Both the position numbers and the translations under genes were made by a program. A stretch of DNA of 60,057 bases, the filler included. It is 6 parts of 6 records of this genome, joined end to end, with 100 filler letters (N's around TTAATTAATTAA, not from the genome) between each part and the next. Parts side by side here need not be neighbours in the genome. Positions count along the whole stretch, not along the records: positions 7,787 to 19,558 come from SRR31147125_12657; positions 19,659 to 30,073 come from SRR31147125_12664; positions 30,174 to 47,396 come from SRR31147125_12671; 3 more parts are not named here. The stretch is one strand, 5' to 3'. Below, piece after piece: positions 18,560 to 30,174 of the stretch. Under the pieces are notes generated by a model, which saw only the letters and a program-made list of their open reading frames with translations, was not told where the DNA came from and did no database searches. Position 1 is the first letter of the stretch, and the number at the start of each line of letters is the position of its first letter.

Positions 18560-19498
18560 TTAAGGTATACTAAACATAACCTTGTCACCCTTAGACAGGG
18601 GTTTATCAGGTTTTATTCGACTAATTGATCCTGCAACCTTAACTATTTTGCAAGTACCTGTTTTTCCGTTCTTTTTCTTGTAGCTACAACCACACTTTTT
18701 CTTAACACCGTGCTTTTTTCCTTTGTTAACAAGAACTGTCTTGCCGCTCTTTTGATAAACCTTTGAAATTACTTGCTTTTTAGACTCTGGAGCAACTACA
18801 GGAGCAGCCTTGACAGGGGCTGGTTTTACTTCTTTTACAGGTTGTTTTTCTTCTTTTTTAGGGGGCTTGGCAGGCTCTGCATCCTTTGGCAAATGTATCG
18901 CTACATTACCCGGTTTTTTGGCAACACTAAGTAATTCAGCAACAGAAATTTCAAGTTTTTCGAGTGCGGTAGAACTTCCACCAGCAAACACTTTGGCAAT
19001 CTTTCCATCTGCTGTAATCAAAAACGTTGCAGGAAGAGAAAAATCCTTATCGAAATATCTGCGAGTTACGATATTGAATTTATCTGAAACTACGGCAAAT
19101 TCCGGTTTCTTTTCATTAACAAAGGCTACCGCTTTTGCAAGCCCTTCTTTCTCGGTATCAATGTTGACCATCATTATTGCAAGACCGTCAGCTTTGTACT
19201 TTTTGTCGAGATTCTGGATAAACGGAAATTCTGCAAGACAAGGTTTGCACCATGATGCAAAGAAGTTGAGCATAAGCACTTTTGCAGGTGTTTTTGCCTT
19301 TTTTCCAATAAAATGATCTGTGTGAATTGTGGGAACTTTTGGTTCTGAACTAAGTGTTTTTAAACCAAACCGCTCGATTTTATCACCTTCAGATACTCTG
19401 GTTCCAGCAAACGCTGAAAAAGAGAAAAGAGTGATAGCAATAACTGCTATTATAATAGTAAACGCACTGTACCGACTTCTACTAAACCGTTTTTCCAT
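18560..19498 (-). CDS. TlpA-family thiol-disulfide oxidoreductase with a basic C-terminal extension
   Basis: Signal peptide, LNFFASWCKPCLAEFP and LPATFLI. Confidence 0.88.
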   Translation of the reverse strand: MEKRFSRSRYSAFTIIIAVIAITLFSFSAFAGTRVSEGDKIERFGLKTLSSEPKVPTIHTDHFIGKKAKTPAKVLMLNFFASWCKPCLAEFPFIQNLDKKYKADGLAIMMVNIDTEKEGLAKAVAFVNEKKPEFAVVSDKFNIVTRRYFDKDFSLPATFLITADGKIAKVFAGGSSTALEKLEISVAELLSVAKKPGNVAIHLPKDAEPAKPPKKEEKQPVKEVKPAPVKAAPVVAPESKKQVISKVYQKSGKTVLVNKGKKHGVKKKCGCSYKKKNGKTGTCKIVKVAGSISRIKPDKPLSKGDKVMFSIP

Positions 19499-19558
19499 AA
19501 TTTGTCCCTATCTTAGTTTTTAAGATACCCAAATGCTTGGCTATATTAGCTCTTTTTT

Positions 19559-19658
19559 NNNNNNNNNNNNNNNNNNNNNNNNNNNNNNNNNNNNNNNNNN
19601 NNTTAATTAATTAANNNNNNNNNNNNNNNNNNNNNNNNNNNNNNNNNNNNNNNNNNNN
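19559..19658. other. Artificial contig spacer
   Basis: N44-TTAATTAATTAA-N44. Confidence 0.99.
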
Positions 19659-19959
19659 AAAAGGGGAAACCGTTGAGCACGCACAGCCCAACACAACCTC
19701 CCTATTGTCCCTTGAATTACCGGTGGTTCCTAAGCTCATTGTTAGAAAGATATAAAGTCAAAGGGCCGGGGATCATGGTGACGCAAGACATTTTCACCAT
19801 AATGGTGTTTGACTTTCGTTTTTCCGGTGCCATAAAATTATGACATCAATTCTACAGAATACACAGCCATGTCAAACGTGGCGGGATGAGGCAGGTTTTA
19901 TAAAAATTTAACACGACTTGTCCGCCTACATACCCCCAAATTCACTCAGGAGAGACCTC

Positions 19960-22900
19960 ATGATTGAAGATGATGAAATACTACAAATGTATATCGAAGA
20001 ATCGTTAGAACATCTTTCCGATATCGAAAGCGACCTTTTAACCATTGAGGGTGAGGGGGAAGATATTGACATCGATATCGTAAACAACGTCTTTAGAGCG
20101 GCCCATTCCATCAAGGGTGGAGCCGGCTTCATGGGACTGACGACCATCAAAGGGCTGGCCCATAGCTTGGAAAATGTTTTGGATCTCATTCGGAACAAGG
20201 AACTTCAGCCGACACCTAATCGTATCAGTGTGCTTTTAAACGGATTTGACAAGCTGGAAAGTTTGATGCATACCATTCAAACCAGCAACGATGAAGATGT
20301 ATCAGACATCATCGACGCACTCGCAAATATCACAAAATCCTCACTGGCTGAAGATAAACACGAAACCGTCGATCAAACGGTGGATATTACCCTGGAAGAT
20401 GGGCGGAAATTTCCCAGTGTTTCCAAATACAACATTGAGCAAAGCAAAGATGAAGGTAAATACATCTACCTGGTGGAATATGATTTGATCAAGGACATCC
20501 AGCGAAGCAACAAAAATCCCATTGAATTGCTGGCGTCTCTTGAAAAAACCGGTTCGATTATCGATTCAAGGATCGATTTTAACTCTGTGGGAACGCTGGA
20601 CGGAGATACTCTTAATACAAGAATTCCATTTCAAATCGTTTTTGCCTCCATTTTAGAACCGGATATGGCCGAAACTCTGTTTGATCTGGAAGAAGATTAC
20701 ATTCATGTCATCAACGATGGTATGATCTCAGATTCAACCACAGAATCTGAAGATGCGTTGCCTGCAAAAGAAAAAGAGTCAGCCCCCCCATAGCCCCGGA
20801 TCAAACGGTTGCGAATGCACGTCAAGAAGAGCCTTCAACGTCATTGAATACGCCAGCGCCCTCTTTTCCAACGAATGGGGCGGTTCAATCGGTTGAATCC
20901 AATACACCACCACCGCCCCCTCCGTTCCCCCGGCGGTGGATCCCCCGCTGAATGCTCCCGCTCCGGATTCGTCCTTTCAAACGGCCGATGTGCCACCAAA
21001 TCCGTCTTCCCCGCCCCAAGCCGTTGAACCAGCCCCGGCTACGGAAAAGGTTTCCGCACCTATTCAAAGATCCAATGGAGACACTGCCGTCGGCGCCGAT
21101 TCAGGGGCCATGCAGATGTCCAAACCGATGGGGTCATTGCGGGTGAATGTGAATCTGCTTGATACATTAATGAACCTTGCCGGAGAGCTGGTCTTAAGTC
21201 GAAATCAATTGATGCAAGGGATCAACTCCAACAATGCAAAAGCAACCGAACTTTCCAGCCAACGCATTGACATGATCACATCCGAATTGCAAGAAGCGAT
21301 CATGAGAACCCGAATGCAACCCATTGCCAATGTGTTCAACAAATTCACACGGGTGGTCCGGGATCTTTCCAGGGAATTAGGAAAGTCCATTGATTTGGTC
21401 ATTGAAGGAAAAGAGGTCGAGCTGGACAAAACCATCATTGAATCCATCAATGACCCATTGACCCATCTGGTGCGGAACTCCGTCGACCACGGCATAGAGC
21501 TTCCCCACGAACGTGAAGCTGTGGGCAAGAAACCCACCGGTTCCATTGCACTTCGGGCATTTCACGATGCCGGACAGGTCAATATTTTGATCTCCGATGA
21601 TGGAAAAGGGCTGGATCCTGATAAAATTGCGGCAACCGCAGTCAAAAAGGGCTTGATGAGCGAACAGCTGGTTGCGGACCTGTCTTACAAGGAAAAAATC
21701 GACCTGATTCTGCTTCCCGGTTTCTCCACAGCAGATAAAGTAACCGATGTCTCCGGTCGAGGGGTTGGGATGGATGTGGTCATGACCAATCTTGAAAAAC
21801 TGGGCGGTATCATCGAAATGGATTCCAAAACAGGTCAGGGAACGGATATTCAAATCAAGCTCCCCTTGACCTTGGCGATCATTCCCAGCCAGATTATTTC
21901 CGTGGGCAATGAAAAGTATGCCATTCCTCAAGTGAACCTTGATGAGCTTTTGAGAATCCCCGCATCTCAGGTCAAAGATCGAATCGAGAAAGTGGGAGAT
22001 GCCGACGTTGTGAGACTAAGGGGTAATCTGCTGCCGCTTCTCAACCTGGCTGAGGTTCTGGGCATCCAAAAAACATTTATTCATCCGGATGATCACAAAG
22101 AGTACCCGGATCAACGAAAGAGTATTTCCGATCGAAGATCCGCCAAGTACGATAAATCGGGCCAGGCAGATCATTCCGGTTCCCTCGGGGAAGAACATCG
22201 AAGCGGCGAAGATCGACGCTATCGTTCCTCCAGTGCCATCAACATTGCAGTGGTCTCTGCCGGTACCCACAAATACGGGCTTGTGGTGGATGAGCTGAGA
22301 GATTCCGAAGAGATTGTTGTAAAACCCCTGGGTCGCCACCTCAAAAAATGCAGCGGCTATGCAGGTGCCACCATTATGGGCGATGGTAAGGTGGCGTTGA
22401 TCTTGGACGTCTCCAATCTTGCCCAGATGGCGGATCTCACCACCATTGCCGAAGCCGAAAGGACCGCCAAAGCAGCCAAGGCTGCAGAAGAGGCACTTGA
22501 AAAAGCTCGAGACAAAGCCTCACTTCTTCTCTTCAAAAATGGAGAGAGCGAACATTGTGCAGCGCCGCTTCATCTGGTTGAGCGTATTGAACGCATCCCG
22601 GTGTCGTCCATTGAGGAGGTGAGTGGTAAGAAGGTGGTTCAATACCGGGGCGGCGCACTGCCGCTATTTGAACTGTCACAGGTTGCCAATGTCTCCCAAT
22701 TGCCTGAGACCGAGCAACAGGAAATTATCGTTTTTACGGTGAAAGGTCGAGAACTTGGTTTGATGGTTACCCCACCGGTGGATGCCATTGAACTTTCACT
22801 TGATATTGACGACTCCACACTGAAACAACCGGGAATCAACGGCTCCATGATCATTGAAGAGCACACCACCCTGCTTGTGGATATTTTTGAAGTGGTGAAA

Positions 22901-23332
22901 ACCTTGAACCCGTCCTGGTTTGACGAAGACAAATCCACACAGGCGGAAATCGAGGAAAACAGAGAAAAAGTCATTCTTTTTGCAGAAGACTCCGCTTTTT
23001 TCCGAAATCAGGTCAAGGGCTTCATGGCTGAAGAGGGATACAGCGTCATTACGGCGGAAGATGGTGAAATCGCCTGGAACTTGTTAAAAGAGCGTCACCA
23101 TGAAATAGACCTGGTGGTCACGGACCTTGAAATGCCCAATATGGACGGATTCGAGTTGACACAGAAAATCAAAAGCGACCCCACTTTAAACCATTTCAGC
23201 GTCATTGCCCTCACCTCCCTTGCCAGTGACGCCCATGTCAAGAAAGGCCAGGAAGTCGGCATAGATGAATATGAGATCAAACTGGATCGTGAAAATTTGA
23301 TGAAATTGATTGGAAAATATCTCAACTCATAA
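19960..23332 (+). CDS. cheA: Chemotaxis histidine kinase CheA (Hpt, dimerisation, HATPase, two CheW, REC), split by two apparent indels in C-runs near 20783-20789 and 20916-20920
   Basis: FRAAHSIKG, LMNLAGELV, HLVRNSVDHGIE, GFST...SGRGVGMDVV and C-terminal REC (TDLEMPNMDG). Confidence 0.93.
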
Positions 23333-23372
23333 TTTTTGGGTACCCAAGCCGTCTTTCAATTTCAGCCCATCC

Positions 23373-23434
23373 CATTCCCTTCATATCTGCTGAACGCAAA
23401 TGGATAACACTTTGGCAGATATGATAAGGGGATG
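23373..23434. repeat. Intergenic long imperfect hairpin between cheA and cheW
   Basis: CATTCCCTT-CATATCTGCTGA pairs with TTGGCAGATATG-AT-AAGGGGATG. Confidence 0.6.
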
Positions 23435-23508
23435 ATACCCTGAGCAGGTCATTGGAAGATAGCGTATAATGCGTACGATGCAGAAACTTTTTAAGGAGAT
23501 CTAACGTT

Positions 23509-23955
23509 TTGAGTGGAAATCCCCAAATTCAGGAAGGCAATACCGAACTGGCCACATTTTATGTAGGCAAAGCGTTATGCGGTATTGATATATTAAGCAT
23601 CCAGGAAATCAACAAGCATTTTGATGTGACAACGGTCCCCCAGGCACCGGAATACGTCGTAGGTGTCCTCAACCTGCGTGGACGAATCGTCACCATCCTG
23701 GACCTTGGCAAAAAACTGGGACTCTCCCAAATTGAGTCGGACAAGAAAAATAGAAATATCATTGTTCGATCTCAAGATGAACATATCGGTCTGATGGTCG
23801 ACTCAATCAGCGACGTGGTGACTGCCGAACAAGACCGAATTGAACCGGCACCATCCAACATCAGCGGGATGAAAGGGAAATTCTTCAAAGGTGTTATGAA
23901 AACCCAAAATGCACTTATTGGAATTTTGGATATCGAAGAGGTATTAAAAGAATAA
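23509..23955 (+). CDS. cheW: Chemotaxis coupling protein CheW
   Basis: VPQAPEYVVGVLNLRGRIV and GLMVDSISDV. Confidence 0.95.
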   Translation: MSGNPQIQEGNTELATFYVGKALCGIDILSIQEINKHFDVTTVPQAPEYVVGVLNLRGRIVTILDLGKKLGLSQIESDKKNRNIIVRSQDEHIGLMVDSISDVVTAEQDRIEPAPSNISGMKGKFFKGVMKTQNALIGILDIEEVLKE

Positions 23956-25103
23956 TGCCTGATATCAAAGTACTTGTTGTTGACGATACAATTGTCTATA
24001 GAAAAATTATCAGCGATGCATTGAAACGTATGCCGGGTGTGGAAGTGGTGGGATCGGCCACCAATGGAAAAACAGCGCTTTCCCGCATCAATTCACTCAA
24101 TCCTGATCTGGTCACCTTAGATATTGAAATGCCTGAAATGAACGGCATTGAAGTATTGGAGCAAATCAAGGAAAAGGGACTTCGCACCTCTGCCGTCATG
24201 CTCAGTACCTTGACACAACGGGGAAGTGAAATGACAATCAAGGCCTTGGAACTGGGGGCATTTGATTTCATTCCCAAGCCGGATCAAGGCAGTATGGCTG
24301 AGAATATGGAAAAAATCAGTGCTGCGCTGGAGCCCATTGTTGAGGGATTCAAACGCCAAAAAAGCATTCGCTCTATCCCGACTTCAAAACGCCTTCGCCC
24401 CCCTTTGCCCGGCCCGGGAAAACAGCTACCTAAACCGGCGAACCGGCAGCGTGTCTTGCCGTCCACCACCCTACCCGAGAAGAAGCGTATCAGCACGACT
24501 GCGCCGCGCATCAAGCGCGGTACGGCATCCATCATCGGCATCGGCATCTCCACCGGAGGCCCGAAAGCCCTTGCCGTGATGATGCCTATGTTGACCAGCA
24601 GACTCAATGTTCCCATCGTTGTGGTGCAACATATGCCACCTGTTTTTACCCACTCCCTGGCCAAGAGTTTAAACAGTAAATGTCGGCTTGAGGTCAAGGA
24701 AGCGGAAAACGGAGAGCCGCTCATTGCCAACACCGTTTATATCGCACCTGGAGGCACCCAGATGAAAATCGTGGCAGGTGGAGATGGTACAACCCGTCGC
24801 ATCAAAATCACCGACGATCCGCCTGAGAACAGCTGCAAGCCTTCTGTGGATTACCTCTTTCGCTCCATTGCGGATCACTATGTGGGACGTGCCACCGGGG
24901 TCATCATGACCGGCATGGGGTCGGATGGTACCCGAGGTCTTGAACTGATCAAAAAACGGGGGGGAACCGTTATCGCCCAAGATAAAGAGAGCTGTACCGT
25001 CTACGGCATGCCCAAGGAACCCACAGAGTCCGGGATGGCAGATGTGGTTGTTCCACTTGAAAAAATTGCCGATGCCATAACAAAAACCGTCATCCGACCA
25101 TAG
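23955..25103 (+). CDS. cheB: Chemotaxis response regulator / protein-glutamate methylesterase
   Basis: REC domain, GISTGGP, VQHMP, PSVDYLF, MTGMGSDG and YGMP. Confidence 0.96.
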   Translation: MPDIKVLVVDDTIVYRKIISDALKRMPGVEVVGSATNGKTALSRINSLNPDLVTLDIEMPEMNGIEVLEQIKEKGLRTSAVMLSTLTQRGSEMTIKALELGAFDFIPKPDQGSMAENMEKISAALEPIVEGFKRQKSIRSIPTSKRLRPPLPGPGKQLPKPANRQRVLPSTTLPEKKRISTTAPRIKRGTASIIGIGISTGGPKALAVMMPMLTSRLNVPIVVVQHMPPVFTHSLAKSLNSKCRLEVKEAENGEPLIANTVYIAPGGTQMKIVAGGDGTTRRIKITDDPPENSCKPSVDYLFRSIADHYVGRATGVIMTGMGSDGTRGLELIKKRGGTVIAQDKESCTVYGMPKEPTESGMADVVVPLEKIADAITKTVIRP

Positions 25104-25112
25104 CAGGACTCA

Positions 25113-25946
25113 ATGATTAAAATCACACCAGCCGAGTTTGATCTATTGGCAAGATATATCATGGATATATCCGGAATTGCGCTCACCAAAGGGAAGGAGT
25201 ACCTCATAGAGACCCGACTCAATCCTTTAATGGAGCAGCTCGGCTGTAAGAGCTATTCGGATCTCCATAAAAAAGCCAAATCCGACTTTAAAAAAGATAT
25301 AGAGAACCAAATTATCGATGCGATTTCCACCAACGAGACCTATTTTTTCAGAGACAAATCTCCGTTCACCCTGTTGCAGCACAAAATTATTCCGGATTTG
25401 ATCGATGTCAGATCAAAAAAAGGAGTGGGCAAAACCGCCATTCGCCTCTGGAGTGCGGCCAATTCCACTGGTCAGGAGATCTACAGCATTGCCATGGCCT
25501 TGGATGAAATCGGTGTGACCCCCATGAAATATAACATCAAACTTCTTGGAACCGATATTTCCGATGCCGCCATTGCCCAAGCAAGTTATGGAACCTATAA
25601 CAAGTTTGAAGTAGCCAGAGGATTGGATCAGGCGCGACTCAAAAAATACTTTAACCAGGAAGGTGATTACTGGCGCATCAATGATCAAATCAGGGCCATG
25701 GCCCAGTTCAAAAAAATGAATTTGATGAAACCGTTCATCGGCTTGGGAAAATTCGACATCATCCTCTGTCGAAATGTGATGATCTACTTTACGGAAGAGG
25801 ATCGTCGAAAAATTTATGAAAATATTGCCAAAGTGCTGGAGCCGGATGGCTATTTGATCATCGGTTCAACCGAATCCCTTGCCGGTCATTCAGACCTGTT
25901 TGCATCCCAAAGATATCTGAATGCCATCTTTTATCAATTGAAATAG
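25113..25946 (+). CDS. cheR: Protein-glutamate O-methyltransferase
   Basis: TNETYFFRD, WSAANSTGQE.YS, GTDIS and CRNVMIYF. Confidence 0.96.
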   Translation: MIKITPAEFDLLARYIMDISGIALTKGKEYLIETRLNPLMEQLGCKSYSDLHKKAKSDFKKDIENQIIDAISTNETYFFRDKSPFTLLQHKIIPDLIDVRSKKGVGKTAIRLWSAANSTGQEIYSIAMALDEIGVTPMKYNIKLLGTDISDAAIAQASYGTYNKFEVARGLDQARLKKYFNQEGDYWRINDQIRAMAQFKKMNLMKPFIGLGKFDIILCRNVMIYFTEEDRRKIYENIAKVLEPDGYLIIGSTESLAGHSDLFASQRYLNAIFYQLK

Positions 25947-25964
25947 CGGAAAACAAAGAGTCTC

Positions 25965-27635
25965 ATGTCAGGAATTAATCCCAAAGAATTTTTAGAGGAA
26001 CTCGTTTTTTGTCTCAAACAAGAAGACATTGTCAAGTCCAAAGCACTTTTACAATTTATCACCAAACCTGAAATCAATCCTGCGATTCAAAAAAAAGCGC
26101 TCCACGAGTTAACCAAACATTCCGAGCGATTGGTTTTTCCTATCCTGGAATATTTGACAACTCTTGATATTCCAAATCCTGACATTCAAGAGAGTTTGTA
26201 TGAGCTTATTTTAGATAAAGCCTATGGAAACAATGATCTTATTGTCAAATATATCATTAAGAATGATAAACGAAGTCGCCTGATCTATATGAAAGTGGCC
26301 GGAGATCTCATGCTTGCCGATGCGGCCCCTTTGTTGGAGTCACTGCTACTTCAGTCTGAAGATAAGGAAATTACACGCCAGGCCATTACTGCATTGGGGA
26401 AAATCCGACTCCCAACTTCCATTTCAAAATTGAGGACACTGCTTGAAACCTCTCGAGATGAAGAGATAATAAAAACAACCGTCAACGCCTTAGCCGAAAT
26501 TAGAGGAAAAGACGCTGTTGACGCGATTACCGCCTCCATAACGGGTAATACCGCCACAGATAGTCTTAAAATCAATGCATTGGGAGAAATCCAGGATCAA
26601 TATGCGCTCACTTCCTTGGCAGCGCTTTTGGAATCTCGGGATACCGATGTCAGGGATGCTGCCATTGATCAACTCATCCAAATCGGCGGCAAGGCCGTAC
26701 CTGTGTTGATGTCGGCCACCCAGGATGCCGGAACCGACTTTATGGTGCACCTCATTACCACATTGGGGTATATCAAAGACCCCAAAGCCCTTCCGATGAT
26801 CCTTGACATCATGAAAACCAAACCAACGGATGCCAACGTTCGCCAGGCTGCATACGAAAGTATGGAACGGATTCCTTCTGCTAAATCCGCTATTGCCTTG
26901 GCTGTCGGGATTCAGGATCCTGTCGAGTCGGTCAGGATGAGTGCAGCCCGAGCCATGGATCGCAATATCTCCAAAGTATTGATTGCCGGGTTGAATAACA
27001 TTGTTAGAGAGGGAAGTGAAGATGCCCTGAATGCCGTAGGTGCTTTGATTGATTCCGATGCGGAAAATATCTTTAATTTTTTACTTCAGGAGGAGTCGTT
27101 TATTCGACTATCCGTCAAACATGTCACGACCAAAGCCGATCCTAAAACAAGAGCAAATTTTTTGGAAATCTTAAAAAAGAAAAATTTCGGTTCACTGGCA
27201 GATAAAATCTCTAAAATGGTTCCGGATGAACCTAGAGAAGAGAAGAAGGACGGGGTAACGATTTATGTGGTTGACGATTCAAAAATGATGTTGAAGCTAT
27301 ATGAGAATAAACTGAGCGGATTGGGGTATGGATATAAATCGTTTATCTCTGCTGAGCAGGCACTTAAGGAAATCTATGCATCCAAACCCGATCTTGTGAT
27401 CACTGATCTCAATATGCCCAAAATAAATGGCTTGCAATTATCAAGTGCAATTCGAAAAAAGTTCTCAGTTTCCGAACTTCCGATTGTGATGATCACCACC
27501 CAAAGTGATTTCAAAGATTCAGAAGAGGCAAATGGAAGTGAAAAAACACAAGCAAGGCAGGCCGGCATCAATAAAGTGCTTCACAAGCCGTTTTCCAATG
27601 AAGTATTTAACGACACCCTTACAAAATATCTCTAA
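25965..27635 (+). CDS. HEAT-repeat protein with a C-terminal response-regulator receiver domain
   Basis: Repeated VR..A..ALG helices, then VVDDS...TDLNMPKING...HKPF. Confidence 0.85.
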   Translation: MSGINPKEFLEELVFCLKQEDIVKSKALLQFITKPEINPAIQKKALHELTKHSERLVFPILEYLTTLDIPNPDIQESLYELILDKAYGNNDLIVKYIIKNDKRSRLIYMKVAGDLMLADAAPLLESLLLQSEDKEITRQAITALGKIRLPTSISKLRTLLETSRDEEIIKTTVNALAEIRGKDAVDAITASITGNTATDSLKINALGEIQDQYALTSLAALLESRDTDVRDAAIDQLIQIGGKAVPVLMSATQDAGTDFMVHLITTLGYIKDPKALPMILDIMKTKPTDANVRQAAYESMERIPSAKSAIALAVGIQDPVESVRMSAARAMDRNISKVLIAGLNNIVREGSEDALNAVGALIDSDAENIFNFLLQEESFIRLSVKHVTTKADPKTRANFLEILKKKNFGSLADKISKMVPDEPREEKKDGVTIYVVDDSKMMLKLYENKLSGLGYGYKSFISAEQALKEIYASKPDLVITDLNMPKINGLQLSSAIRKKFSVSELPIVMITTQSDFKDSEEANGSEKTQARQAGINKVLHKPFSNEVFNDTLTKYL

Positions 27636-27647
27636 TGATCGAACGGC

Positions 27648-28717
27648 TCATGTATAAATTAATTTATAAGGGATCGGCGGATACTTCCACACATCCGGCC
27701 GTGGCAATATCTGCTCCAGCCCGACAGTCAGCCAATTGGTATCGGGGTTGACTTCTCGTAACCGCCCCCTTCCGGTGGCACGGCATGCAGCGTGTACTCA
27801 TAAATGGTGTTGAATATGCAGATGACATGGGTATTTTCACGGGCAATGGCATAATTTTTCGTGAATTTGGTTTGGGTGATCCCAATGCATTTTACGATTT
27901 CCTTTACCTCTTCCCGAGATAATCGAATCAGCACCGATTTGGACAACCCTCTCTCCCCCAATTTCAACACGGCTCTTGACTCACTGCTCCCCGCGTAAAC
28001 CGTGCTGATTCCCTTGATTTGCCGAAGATATTGCGCCGCAACAATAGCGGCGGTCCGGCGTCCTCCGGCCATCAACGGCATTCCAAAATATTCAAAAAAT
28101 TTCTTTTGGCAATTTTCAGCATATTTATCCCCTTTTTCATATAGATCCTTTGAGATGTATCTTAAGTAGATTGCCAGCGCCTCAGCCGCATCTGCAATGG
28201 GCCAATCCACCCGGACATGAAAGTGCGTCAGGGCGTACCGTCCTTTGCTTTGAGAATGCTCGTCCCGCTGAATGAGCAGGGCATAATCAATCGGCATCAT
28301 GGATTTAACAAAATCGAAAAAGCCGGTGCAGTCGAAATTTTTAATATTTCTATGAAATTCTTGAACAGAAGGGAACTCTTTATGTTTAAGCAGGTTGGTT
28401 TTGTTGGTTTTGTTTAGATCAAAAAACCGGATGTACTTTTTGTGGGAGGCATCCAAGCTATTTTCAAGAAAGAGAATCAGGAAGGAATTTTGCGCCTCGA
28501 ATTCGATGCTGGGTATTCTGGCTCTGGGTTTGAGCTCCTTGGTTTTGACAAAGGGATAGGGTTCATTTCTTTTTAAAAATTTTTTATAGGAATCAACCAG
28601 TGCATAGTCGAGGACAAATTGATCCAGTTCATCTCTAAGCACATAATAATATGATCTATTGAGCTTTTCCGCTTGACTCAAAGCATCCCTTGGACAGCAA
28701 AACTCTTCATGATACAT
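27648..28717 (-). CDS. Hypothetical protein downstream of pgk, with a probable G-run indel near 27765 shifting the C-terminus
   Basis: 329-aa ORF. An alternative frame continues RLREVNPDTNWLTV...PYKLIYT to TGA at 27648. Confidence 0.7.
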
Positions 28718-28738
28718 ATGCCTTCACACCTACCCCTT

Positions 28739-29922
28739 CTAAAAAAGTACCGCTGCCCCCGGTAACGTCTTTCCTTCCATCAGATGCAAAAAAGCCCCAC
28801 CACCGGTCGATATATAGCTGACCTTTTCCGCCACGCCACACACTTTCGCGGCAAGTCCCGTGTCTCCCCCGCCGACAATTGAAAATGCCTCTTCAGTCTC
28901 TGCAATCGCAGTGGCTACTTTCCGGGTTCCGGTTCGGAAACGGGGCATTTCAAAAACCCCCATGGGGCCGTTCCATACAATGGTTGATGCCGTTTGTATC
29001 TGTTGAGAAAATCGTTTTGCCGTCTCATCTCCAATATCCAACGCCATCCAGCCTTCGGGGAACGGCTCTTTTCCAATCATCACTTGTCGATTATCGGCAT
29101 GGGCGTCGAAACGGGAAGCTGCAACCATATCTTCGGGTAACAGTAACGGAATATTTTTGGATGCGGCCTGCCCGATAATATCTTTAGCGGCATCAATCAG
29201 ATCCTCTTCAACCCTGGATGCTCCCATATCGATCCCTTGGGCTTTTAAAAATGTGTTGGCCATGGCACCGCCGATGAGCAGTTGATCCACATACTGGAGC
29301 ATATTACGAAGCGCTTCAAGTTTACTGGAGACTTTGGCACCGCCAATCACCGCAACCAAGGGGCGTTTCGGGTTTTGGACCGCATCTTTGTAGCACTGCA
29401 GTTCCTTCTCCAAAAGAAACCCTGCGGCAGATTCAGCCACTTGTTCCGGAAGCGCAACCACCGACGCCTGTTTCCGGTGGGATACGGCAAAGGCATCGTT
29501 CACATATACATCGCAAAGCAGGGCCAGCTCTTTTGCAAAATCGGGATCATTGGACTTTTCTCCATCATGGAAGCGAAGGTTTTCCAGAAGCAGCACCTCT
29601 TTTTCGGTAAGAGACGCCACACGTTTTTGGACGGCATCGCCCACGCATTCATCAATAAAACCGACATCATCTCCGAGTAACTCAGATAGTCGTTGAGCTG
29701 CAGGTGCCAAACTGAGTCGAGGGTCAACTTTTCCCCCGGTCTTCCCATATGCGACATCAAAATAATTTTTGCCTGCCGGGCCATCAGATGCTCAATGAGC
29801 GGAAGCGTTTCTCGAATACGGTTATCATCCGTAATTTGTCCCTGTTCATCCATTGGAAGGTTATAATCGACGCGTACCAGAACCCGTTTTGATGCGACAT
29901 CAAGGTCTCTTACCGATTTCAT
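28739..29922 (-). CDS. pgk: Phosphoglycerate kinase, frameshifted in the G5/A4 run near 29729-29737
   Basis: RVDYNLP, SHMGRP, LLENLRF, NDAF, GGAKVSSK, WNGPMGVFE, GGGDT and STGGGA are spread over two frames. Confidence 0.95.
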
Positions 29923-30073
29923 AGCGTTTTTGCATCTCTCCTATTTAATATCTGCCATGTCAGGCCACCTGACACGACAAAACATAAAAATCCCATAACC
30001 TGCAAAGAGAGGAATTTTCATATCAAATCAATATCTCATCTGTGTTTGGCTTTATCGTTATGCAACTTTTTTT

Positions 30074-30173
30074 NNNNNNNNNNNNNNNNNNNNNNNNNNN
30101 NNNNNNNNNNNNNNNNNTTAATTAATTAANNNNNNNNNNNNNNNNNNNNNNNNNNNNNNNNNNNNNNNNNNNN
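30074..30173. other. Artificial contig spacer
   Basis: N44-TTAATTAATTAA-N44. Confidence 0.99.
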
Positions 30174-30174
30174 A

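Noticed and set aside
19659-19960. c-di-GMP riboswitch upstream of cheA
   Set aside because: No GGCAAAC...GAAA...GACGCAAA consensus architecture was found.
20780-20936. Split cheA as phase variation or a separate Hpt protein
   Set aside because: Two independent single-base losses in short C-runs restore one frame. The same error type hits the housekeeping gene pgk on this contig.
29500-29922. pgk pseudogene or programmed frameshift
   Set aside because: All motifs are intact and one extra G in a G-run repairs it, so a sequencing error is the most likely cause.
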